Part shown: positions 1 through 7,113 of the stretch, piece after piece
Layout: every line of letters begins with the position of its first letter
Numbering within the stretch: the first letter of the stretch is position 1
NCBI GenBank assembly: GCA_049510745.1
Contig: JBEKYR010000005.1
Span: 1 to 64,000 of the forward strand
Length of the DNA: 64,000 bases
DNA from: Verrucomicrobiota bacterium
Lineage (GTDB): Bacteria; Verrucomicrobiota; Verrucomicrobiia; Limisphaerales; Palsa-1400
Reading direction: 5' to 3'
Translations under genes and position numbers: made by a program
The notes under the pieces: generated by a model
What the model was told of the DNA's origin: nothing
Database searches by the model: none
Seen by the model: the letters and a program-made list of their open reading frames with translations, nothing else

Positions 1-739
1 GCCGGCAGTAGTCAACCATTTTTTCCGTCGAACAAATTTCGTCGGCCAGCAGGCGGACGGCGCGGGTGCATTCGGGATGGGCCACGAGCGGCGCGCCGGG
101 AAAGTCGCGGCGGATGCGGGTGACGCCGGCGTGGGTGAACTCGACGTGGGCGTAACAGTTCCCGCGCCACAACGTCATCTTGCGCCCCGTCTGCTCCATC
201 ACCCAGGCGCCCAGGTTTTCGTCCGGCACAAAGAGCAGGTCGCGCTCCTTGGGAGAGGCGTTGACAATTTTGACGGCGTTGCCGCTGGTGCAAATGACGT
301 CGCTCAAGGCTTTGACCTCGGCGCTGCAATTGATGTAGGTGACGGTGTAAAAATTCGGGTTCGTGGCCTGCAAGGCCTTGAGCTTGGGCGCGGGGCAGCT
401 TTCTTCCAGCGAACAGCCGGCGTCTTTGTCCGGGAGAACGACCGTTTTGTCCGGGTTCAGGATTTTGGCCGTTTCCGCCATGAAATGGACTCCGCAGAAG
501 ACGATGACATCGGCCCTGGTTTTGGCGGCCTGCTGCGAAAGCCCCAAGGAATCTCCCACAAAATCCGCCACGTCCTGGATTTCCGGCACCTGATAATTGT
601 GGGCCAGAATGACGGCGTTCAACCGGCGCTTCAGTTCGAGAATATCGCGCGAAAGGGCGTCGAGCCGTTCGGGCGGCAGGGGAATCCGGGTGACAAAATC
701 CGCCTCGCGCCCCGGTTGAACAGCAGTCAGGTCAATCAT
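1..739 (-). CDS. nadA: Quinolinate synthase NadA (3' end runs off the window)
   Basis: Manual minus-strand translation from ATG 739: MIDLTAVQPG...LKRRLNAVILAHNYQVPEIQDVADFVGDSLGLSQQAAKTRADVIVFCGVHFMAETAKILNPDKTVVLPDKDAGCSLEESC, the typical NadA N-terminal motifs. Not in the ORF track because it has no stop in the window. Confidence 0.95.
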   Translation of the reverse strand, partial: MIDLTAVQPGREADFVTRIPLPPERLDALSRDILELKRRLNAVILAHNYQVPEIQDVADFVGDSLGLSQQAAKTRADVIVFCGVHFMAETAKILNPDKTVVLPDKDAGCSLEESCPAPKLKALQATNPNFYTVTYINCSAEVKALSDVICTSGNAVKIVNASPKERDLLFVPDENLGAWVMEQTGRKMTLWRGNCYAHVEFTHAGVTRIRRDFPGAPLVAHPECTRAVRLLADEICSTEKMVDYCR

Positions 740-876
740 ATCATCAATTTAAGGGCAAAGCCTTCGGCGGGCAACCCAAGTTTGAACTCTAAAAAGTGCG
801 CCTGGAACTTCCAAAGCCCTGCCATCGACGATGCCGCGATGAGAGACGAAAGAACTTGGCGAAAGTCTTCGAGCGC

Positions 877-1197
877 TCAGGCAAAGTTGATGTTGCAGAC
901 CAGCCCAGTTTCGCCCGCGCTGGCCAAAAGTTGCAAGAGGTGGCTGCATTCGGCTTGGCGCGTCCTGCGGCGCTTCAGAACGATAAGCCCGGTGGCCGGC
1001 TCCGTGCCGGCCAGTTGCAAAAAATCCTGCCGGTTGCAGGTGACCACGATGGATTTGGTGTGGACGGCGTGGTACCAGACATCCACGTCATCGGTCCGTG
1101 TGCCGAGCGTCTCTGCGACCAAGAAAACCTCGTGGCCCGCCTGCCGGACGCTCCGAACCGCCTCGACCGGCACATCCTCATCGATCAGGAATCTCAC
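877..1197 (-). CDS. DUF5615 / VapC45-like PIN-domain toxin
   Basis: VRFLIDEDVP...GHEV...DVDVW...IVVTCNRQDF pattern. The GTG start at 1197 overlaps the upstream gene's TGA (GTGA). Confidence 0.8.
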   Translation of the reverse strand: MRFLIDEDVPVEAVRSVRQAGHEVFLVAETLGTRTDDVDVWYHAVHTKSIVVTCNRQDFLQLAGTEPATGLIVLKRRRTRQAECSHLLQLLASAGETGLVCNINFA

Positions 1198-1448
1198 TCG
1201 TTGAGAGGCTCCGTCTGCGCGGCGATCAGAGGATCCAACTCGCCTTGGTGGTCTTCGTAATAGGCCAGGCATTCATAGACCTGGGCGCGCGTCAACCTGG
1301 GGAAGCTGGCCACCACTTCATCGACCGACGCCCCTGTCTTGGTCATTGCCACCACGTCATGCACTCCGACCCGGGTGCCCTCGACGATTGGAAGACCGGA
1401 GCGCACGCCAATCTTTTGCACAATGTAACGGTAACTGGTCGCAATCAC
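1194..1448 (-). CDS. DUF433 (VapB45-like) antitoxin
   Basis: GVRSGLPIVEGTRVGVHDVVAM..GASVDEVVASFPRLTRAQVYECLAYY, the DUF433 signature; coupled to the PIN gene. Confidence 0.88.
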   Translation of the reverse strand: MIATSYRYIVQKIGVRSGLPIVEGTRVGVHDVVAMTKTGASVDEVVASFPRLTRAQVYECLAYYEDHQGELDPLIAAQTEPLNE

Positions 1449-1576
1449 GCCGGTACTGTAACCGCTGCCGGCGACGCATTCAAGCTCGATCGCGGCTCGA
1501 TCGCGGCGCGGCGGGATTTCGGAAAGAACGACTTATTCTTCCTCATTCGCGGTCCATTGCCCCTCGTTGTTCAGTT

Positions 1577-2020
1577 TTAGAACGACGCGCCGCGCGTTTT
1601 CCGAAGAGTGCGCCGAAACAACTCGTAATGTCGTTGCAGCCGCGCCTTGTAGTCTTGGTTCGCCACGACCTCTTGAAACAACTTCAACAATTCCGGGGCC
1701 AGCTCCGACTGTTGGTTCAGTAAGTCGAGCGAACCTTCGACAATCTCTCGCGCCGCCCCGGATGGATAGGGCATTCTCTGGCGATAAAATGCCCTGCTTT
1801 CCCATCCGAAGTTGATCGAGGCAACAATCTCTCCGGCGCGCGCCTTCGACCAGACCTCAAGGAACACCCGCCAGCAGTCGCACGCCAGATCATCACAGTA
1901 GAATTCAACGAAAGCGAATTCGTCGCCATCCAGCCCGTCCGGACCGGGTGCGACCCGGGCAGAGCGGACTTCCCTCATCGCCACTTCCGTGCAAACGGTG
2001 TGAAATGGAATCATCGACAT
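1577..2020 (-). CDS. Hypothetical protein with a Cys cluster (EFYCDDLACDC)
   Basis: ATG 2020 preceded by AGGAAGAACC; protein-like composition. Resembles, from memory, conserved hypotheticals often fused to SEC-C motifs. Confidence 0.65.
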   Translation of the reverse strand: MSMIPFHTVCTEVAMREVRSARVAPGPDGLDGDEFAFVEFYCDDLACDCWRVFLEVWSKARAGEIVASINFGWESRAFYRQRMPYPSGAAREIVEGSLDLLNQQSELAPELLKLFQEVVANQDYKARLQRHYELFRRTLRKTRGASF

Positions 2021-2232
2021 GGTTCTTCCTTTTGGTTGACGCGGCATTGCAGGACGGCGATTTGCGTCTCGTCCGGCGCGGCGGCGGGGTCGCCGTTTTT
2101 GAGTTGTTGAAAGCAACGGCGCCATGCGGGCGGGGCAGAAGCGGGGTCGCGGGCAAACTCCGCACAGAGCTGCTCGATAAACGGCAGATTCCAACTGCTC
2201 GGGCCGTCGGGCGTGTCATTGATGCTCGCCAC
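2011..2232 (-). pseudogene. Stand-alone fragment resembling the N-terminus of 2-oxoglutarate dehydrogenase E1 (SucA)
   Basis: NLPFIEQLCAEFARDPASAPPAWRRCFQQL matches the SucA N-terminal pattern (N..yie.ly..y..DP.sv...Wr.fF), followed by LQCRVNQ; ends after 73 aa. Confidence 0.6.
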
Positions 2233-2326
2233 GCCCTTATCTTAATCGCGCCGGCCCGTCTGTCAAAGCGGCGCCGGCGCGGATGCTGTCGTGATTTGAA
2301 AGAGTTCAGCGTCCACCGCTCCCGCG

Positions 2327-2431
2327 CCAATTTCCGCAACGGCGTTGCGGAAATCTCGAATCGAAGAAGCCATCGAGCGCTTGCGCAACATCGCGGAGCA
2401 CTTTCCCTTGCCGTGGTCGCATTACAACTGA
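2327..2431 (+). pseudogene. Internal fragment of a yhcG / DUF1016-family gene
   Basis: Manual translation PISATALRKSRIEEAIERLRNIAEHFPLPWSHYN*. FPLPWSHY resembles the DUF1016 N-domain motif. Includes a perfect 11-bp inverted repeat ATTTCCGCAAC-ggc-GTTGCGGAAAT (2330-2354). Confidence 0.55.
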
Positions 2432-2461
2432 CTCGCACCAACCGCCCCGCCGCGGGCGGCG

Positions 2462-3310
2462 TCAATCGACAAATTCCAATTCCTGGCGGCGCGGGATCAG
2501 GCCGTGAACGTGCGCCTGATCGAGGAAACGGCGGATGGCGGCGCGGCCTTTCTCGCCATAATCGAGCGTCCAATGATTGACATACATGCCGACAAATTGG
2601 TCGGCCAGATCGCGCCCCATGTCCCGCGCGTACTGCAAGGCGTGCGCGACGGCTTCCGGGCGGTGATCGAGGCTGAACCGGATGCTGGCCGTGAGGATGC
2701 GGGAAATGGCCGACCGCGTCCGGGGCGGGAAACGCTTGTGGATGACGTTGCCGCCCAGGGGCAGCGGCAGGCCGTCGTTCTCGCGTTTCCACCAGGCGCC
2801 CAAATCCTGGCACACTGTCAAACCTTCGTTTTGATAGGTCAGTTGCCCTTCGTGGATGATCAGGCCGGCGTCCGCCTGGCCCGCGCGGAGGGCCTGGAAA
2901 ATCCGGTCGAACGGGACGACGACGTAATTGAGATTGTCGGCCGGGCGTTGGAGCCAGAGTTGAAGGGCCAGAAAGGCGCTCGTCATCGTGCCCGGCACGG
3001 CGATTTTTTTCCGGGTCAGATCGTCCCGGCTCAGAGGCGCCCTGGCGACGACCATCGGCCCGTAACCGTCGCCCATGCTGGCGCCGCTGGGCAGCAAGGC
3101 GTAGTGGGCGCTGACGTAGGCGTAGGCGTGAATGCTGATGGCGGTGATGTCCAATTCGCCGCGCGTGGCGCGCTCGTTGAGCGTCTGGATGTCTTGCAGG
3201 ACATGCTCGAACTTGAACCCGTTGGTCGGGATCAATTCCCTGGCCAGCCCGTAAAACATGAAGGCGTCGTCCGGGTCGGGCGAGTGTCCCAGCGTCAAAG
3301 TTTGCGACAT
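2462..3310 (-). CDS. mqnD: 1,4-dihydroxy-6-naphthoate synthase (futalosine menaquinone pathway), MqnA/MqnD/SBP family
   Basis: MSQTLTLGHSPDPDDAFMFYGLA, GLIIHEGQLTY, LPLPLGG, FVGMYVN motifs. Confidence 0.9.
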   Translation of the reverse strand: MSQTLTLGHSPDPDDAFMFYGLARELIPTNGFKFEHVLQDIQTLNERATRGELDITAISIHAYAYVSAHYALLPSGASMGDGYGPMVVARAPLSRDDLTRKKIAVPGTMTSAFLALQLWLQRPADNLNYVVVPFDRIFQALRAGQADAGLIIHEGQLTYQNEGLTVCQDLGAWWKRENDGLPLPLGGNVIHKRFPPRTRSAISRILTASIRFSLDHRPEAVAHALQYARDMGRDLADQFVGMYVNHWTLDYGEKGRAAIRRFLDQAHVHGLIPRRQELEFVD

Positions 3311-3434
3311 TGGCCCACAGTAACCGATGCGGGGCGTTTTTCCAGACCTACTGTAATCAGCCTGCGCCAACGGGCGCATCTCTTTTTAGACACCCGTCAG
3401 GGCTTCGGGAGGCCGCGTCTCGATCCACCGGGGA

Positions 3435-3566
3435 AAATGACGAATGACGAAATCATAATGTCTAAAGAATGCTCAAATGACTCAATGACGAAAATTCGGC
3501 CCGCCTGAATTTCGTCATTTGAACTTCGTCATTGTTTCGTCATTCGAGCTTAGACATTCGTCATTC
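3435..3566. repeat. Imperfect inverted repeat built from AATGACG/CGTCATT heptamers
   Basis: Left arm AATGACG AATGACG..AATGTCT..AATGACTC AATGACGAAAATTC; right arm GAATTTCGTCATT..TCGTCATT..TCGTCATT..TAGACATT CGTCATT. AT-rich and intergenic. Confidence 0.85.
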
Positions 3567-3874
3567 TTGCAAGCCTGTCTGCGGCCAGTCATAAACGCTC
3601 GTTGCCAATAGGGTTGCCAAAAACCGGGATGAGCCTGGCGCCAATCCCCTTTCCCAGCGTGTCAACACCGATCGTGAAAACGGCTGTCCCACGGCCAGGC
3701 GAAAGAAACTCCTCAAACTCCGCCGGAAAGGAGTCCGATTTGAAATCGCCCGAATTTGCCTGCCGCCGGACAAGAAGCGTGGATTGACGGGAGTTTGAAT
3801 TGGTGAGCAAATCGAAATTGTTTACGAGTTTCCGGGAGATCCGTTCACTCACAAACAACAGAACGGAAAAACTT

Positions 3875-4318
3875 ATGAACAGAAATGTGCGCGGGTTGAT
3901 TTATCTGACGATGATGAGTGTGAGCGTCGTTTTGAATATCCCGGGACAAACGCTTAAACCGGGAGCGCCTCCTGCGCAATCGACGCAGCCTGCCCCGTCA
4001 CAACCCGCGCCGACAAGTCCCGCGCCGGTGTTCACCAACCGTGCGCCAGTGTTCACCAACCGTGCGCCAGTGTTCACCAACCGTGCGCCGGTGTTCACCA
4101 ACCGTGCGCCGGTGTTCACCAACCGTTCGCGCATGTTCACCAACCGTGCGCCGGTGTTCACCAACCGTTCGCGCATGTTCACGAACCGTCCGCCGGTGTT
4201 CACCAACCGTCCGCCGGTGTACACGAACCGTCCGCCAGTAATCACGAGTCGTCCGCCGGTGTTCACGAACAACGTGCCGGTGTACACGAACCAGCTCCCA
4301 GTGTTCACTAATTATTAA
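3875..4318 (+). CDS. Small exported protein with a Pro-rich linker and 14 tandem heptapeptide repeats (xPVFTNR)
   Basis: Signal-peptide-like N-terminus (MNRNVRGLIYLTMMSVSVVLNIPG), then PAQSTQPAPSQPAP, then 14 heptads up to the stop. Repeat variation preserves the frame and the T-N core. Confidence 0.7.
   Translation: MNRNVRGLIYLTMMSVSVVLNIPGQTLKPGAPPAQSTQPAPSQPAPTSPAPVFTNRAPVFTNRAPVFTNRAPVFTNRAPVFTNRSRMFTNRAPVFTNRSRMFTNRPPVFTNRPPVYTNRPPVITSRPPVFTNNVPVYTNQLPVFTNY
4022..4315 (+). repeat. 21-bp tandem repeat x14 (consensus GCGCCGGTGTTCACCAACCGT)
   Basis: Directly visible. Units are near-identical at the 5' side and degenerate toward the 3' end; there are no spacers. Confidence 0.95.
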
Positions 4319-4435
4319 TTCCCCAGTCGAGGTGGAGGTCAATCCCGGCTGGGGGACACGACCGCGGCAATTATTGGGTTGAAATAACCTCTTTTGCGGA
4401 TTGAGCCGCCGGAACGATCTTTGGCAGCCGACAGG

Positions 4436-4858
4436 TCATCGGTCGGAATACTCTTCCGCCATCTGTTCTCCTCCGTGGGCGGGATTGGGCACCAGGTTTT
4501 GGCCGCGCGAGTCCACCACGAAATCAAGCACCTCCAGAGGCACTTGTCCGAGAAGATTGGGCACCTCTTCCGGCACTTCAACCACATCGAAGTTTTCGTG
4601 CCGCCCCATCAGTTCCAGCCGCACTGGCTCGTATTTGTAGCGGAGGACGTCGCCGTTGGACGTCCGCGAGCGCACGGTATCGGTTCGTTCCAGGCCCAGC
4701 TTCTCGATGACGGTGGGCTTGAGATAGAGACGGGTGGCGCCAGTGTCCACCAGCGCCTCGACTTCAACTTCGCGGGGTTTGGCCTTGCGGGCGCCAGCCG
4801 TTTTGAGGAAGGTGTCCTTCAAATTCGTGAGCTTGATCTTGACGATGACTTTGCCCAT
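4436..4858 (-). CDS. Clan AA (retropepsin-like) aspartic protease
   Basis: ALVDTGAT catalytic motif and LLGQVPLEVLDFVVD C-terminal motif; 140 aa. Confidence 0.85.
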   Translation of the reverse strand: MGKVIVKIKLTNLKDTFLKTAGARKAKPREVEVEALVDTGATRLYLKPTVIEKLGLERTDTVRSRTSNGDVLRYKYEPVRLELMGRHENFDVVEVPEEVPNLLGQVPLEVLDFVVDSRGQNLVPNPAHGGEQMAEEYSDR

Positions 4859-4987
4859 GTCCCAAGCCTCGCAGATATTTGGCGAAGGGTCAATGCGCTT
4901 ATCATACCACAGGGTTCAAATCTCTCATTGTCCTTGCCCCAATTCGGTCGTTTTTTTGGGATTTCAGCCGCAAAAAATGAGGAATGC

Positions 4988-5001
4988 TTGACCCAGGTCA
5001 A
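4988..5001 (+). promoter_or_regulatory. Fnr-box-like palindrome TTGAC-CCAG-GTCAA upstream of the cupin gene
   Basis: Perfect TTGAC-N4-GTCAA centred 41.5 nt upstream of ATG 5036, with a -10-like TAGGTT at 5024-5029. Confidence 0.7.
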
Positions 5002-5035
5002 AGCATGCATGGCCTTGAGCGGTTAGGTTGAACGC

Positions 5036-5428
5036 ATGAATGAACGACCGCTCATTGATTCCGGGCGCGAAAAGATCTTGTCGCTGCCCGGCGATACGCA
5101 CTACGCGCCGAACGGCATTGTCAGCCGCACGTTATTGAACACACCCAATTCACGCACGGTGCTGTTCGGTTTCGCGGCAGGCCAGGAATTGACTGAACAT
5201 ACCTCGACCCAGCACGCGCTGATTCAGATTTTGTCAGGCGCCTGCGAATTCTCGCTGGCGGGCGCGCCGCGCGACCTGAAAACCGGCGACTTGTTGTATA
5301 TGCCGCCCAATCTGCCGCACGCGGTGAAGGCAACGGAGCAGTTCTCCATGCTGTTGACCTTGTTCAAGCCAGCCCGGACGCCGGATCCCGCGCCTCAAAC
5401 CCAAACCGGCCCGGCTGCCCAGGCCTGA
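5036..5428 (+). CDS. Cupin-domain protein
   Basis: LFGFAAGQELTEHTS...IQILSG...GDLLYMPPNLPHAVKA cupin motifs. Confidence 0.85.
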   Translation: MNERPLIDSGREKILSLPGDTHYAPNGIVSRTLLNTPNSRTVLFGFAAGQELTEHTSTQHALIQILSGACEFSLAGAPRDLKTGDLLYMPPNLPHAVKATEQFSMLLTLFKPARTPDPAPQTQTGPAAQA

Positions 5429-5472
5429 ATTTTGGGCAGCCAGGTTTTAATCGCTTCCTCTTCGTTGGCGTT

Positions 5473-5880
5473 TTATGGCAACAAGCAGGGCACGACTTGC
5501 CGGCTGTGGCGGCGGTAGATTTTGAAATCGGCATCGGTGGTCAGCACCACAGGATCGGGCAGAATTTCGCTCATGCGCACCAGGCAGGCGTCAGCCAGGC
5601 TCATGGGCACGTCGGCGTATTTGTCCATGAGGGCGAGCACCGGCTCAATCTCATCGCCCAAATTGAACGAGAGCACGATCGCTCCACGCCGTAGCATCTC
5701 CTTGATCTTGGGAACGCCCCTCTCTCCCACCAGATAAAAAGCTTCGCTCAAGGCCGCCTCGCAAGTGCGCCACGGCATCGGCAGGGCATCAACGTGCGCG
5801 TCGAGCCAGCGATGATGCTGGTCATCGGAGCGCACCAAGGCGACTAGGGCGCTGCTATCGGCGATGACGTTTCTTGGCAC
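5473..5880 (-). CDS. VapC-type PIN toxin
   Basis: VIADSSALVA, TCEAALSEAFY, MSLADACLV, VLTTDADF. Confidence 0.88.
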   Translation of the reverse strand: MPRNVIADSSALVALVRSDDQHHRWLDAHVDALPMPWRTCEAALSEAFYLVGERGVPKIKEMLRRGAIVLSFNLGDEIEPVLALMDKYADVPMSLADACLVRMSEILPDPVVLTTDADFKIYRRHSRQVVPCLLP

Positions 5881-6121
5881 GGATCAATGCGGGCAGGTAT
5901 TTCTTCTTGTTGCCGGACAGATCGGCGGGCAGGCCGTCGTTGCGCACCGAGCCGATCAAGTCGCCGATCAATTCCCTCATGCTGCCGCCGCCCGCCGCCG
6001 GGCGGCCCGGCTGGCCCAGGCGCTGCCGCACCACGTCTGACTTCGACACGCTGCGCGCCCGTGACTCGTGTTCGATCTCCGTAACGAGGGCATCGGGCAG
6101 CCGGATGGTCAAAGTTTTCAT
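5855..6121 (-). CDS. CopG/ribbon-helix-helix antitoxin
   Basis: MKTLTIRLPDALVTEIEHESRARSVSKSDVVRQRL, an RHH pattern; overlaps the toxin start. Confidence 0.85.
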   Translation of the reverse strand: MKTLTIRLPDALVTEIEHESRARSVSKSDVVRQRLGQPGRPAAGGGSMRELIGDLIGSVRNDGLPADLSGNKKKYLPALIRAKKRHRR

Positions 6122-6271
6122 GGCAACAGTGTAAGACAAGTGCGGCAGACACGCAAGACAATTGTTGGCGCGAGGCCCTCGCGGCCTCAACCGCATCGCG
6201 AGTTTGCAACGCAGCAAGCGGCGGACTGGCGGATTTACTTCCGGCGCGAAGATGGTTGAATCCTCCCCGCC

Positions 6272-6991
6272 ATGTCCCTCGCGCCCGGTGAATTAAGACA
6301 GATCGGCATCGCCGCCGCCTTGCGAAGCTGCCGGTTGTTTGCCGGCTTGCCTTCGCAAGACCTGGAAAGCATTGCGGACGTCACCGTGATCAAGTCCCTG
6401 GCCAAGGGCGAATACCTTTTTCGTGAAGGCGGCCCGGCCATCGGCTTTTTCATTGTGCAACGCGGTTCCGTCAACGTCCACCGGGTCAATGCCGCGGGCA
6501 AGGAGCAGATCATCCACGTTTTCCGCGCCGGCGATTCCTTCGCCGAAGTGGCGCTGGCTTCGGACAAGGGGTACCCCGCTGACGCCCGCGCGCTGGAGCC
6601 GACCCAGGTGTTGCTGGTGCGGAAGGAAGGCATTTTGGCGCTGCTCCGGCGCCAACCCGAGCTCGCCTTGCGCATGTTGGGTTCCATGAGCAGCCACTTG
6701 CGGGTGCTGGTCGGTCAACTCGAAGACCTGACTCTCAAAGACGTGGAGACCCGGCTGGCGAACTGGCTGGTTAAACGATGCCCGAATCTCCCAAGCGAGC
6801 AGCCTGTCCAGATTGAGTTGGCGATGGCCAAACGTGTGCTGGCGGCGGAATTGGGCACCGTTAGTGAAACCTTGTCGCGGACCCTGGCAAAATTCCGGGA
6901 GCAGAAACTTCTGACCGTGAAAGGCAAAACCATTTTGGTCCTGTCGCCAACGAAATTGAATGCTCTCTTGCGGCGGAATCTCGGAGAATAG
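6272..6991 (+). CDS. Crp/Fnr-family transcriptional regulator (no N-terminal Fe-S Cys cluster)
   Basis: cNMP-binding domain (GEYLFREG..GDSFAEVAL) and HTH with the LGTVSETLSR recognition helix. Confidence 0.92.
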   Translation: MSLAPGELRQIGIAAALRSCRLFAGLPSQDLESIADVTVIKSLAKGEYLFREGGPAIGFFIVQRGSVNVHRVNAAGKEQIIHVFRAGDSFAEVALASDKGYPADARALEPTQVLLVRKEGILALLRRQPELALRMLGSMSSHLRVLVGQLEDLTLKDVETRLANWLVKRCPNLPSEQPVQIELAMAKRVLAAELGTVSETLSRTLAKFREQKLLTVKGKTILVLSPTKLNALLRRNLGE

Positions 6992-7113
6992 CCAATGGTT
7001 CTGATGCCCCCCTGGGCGGCAGATTGAGGCCCAACGCATGGTCCGGTTTGGCAAGTTTTGGCAAGTTTTGGCTTGCAACTTCGCGCATATCGTGTAAATC
7101 AGCTTTTCAGCTT

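Noticed and set aside
4022..4315. 21-bp repeats as a CRISPR array
   Set aside because: The units are contiguous with no unique spacers, keep a reading frame, and no cas genes are present.
6168..6190. GAGGCC-ctcgc-GGCCTC hairpin as a REP element
   Set aside because: It is short and GC-rich, and I found no second copy in the window.
7047..7078. TTTGGCAAG direct repeats upstream of the giant gene as an operator
   Set aside because: Only two and a half short copies and no independent support.
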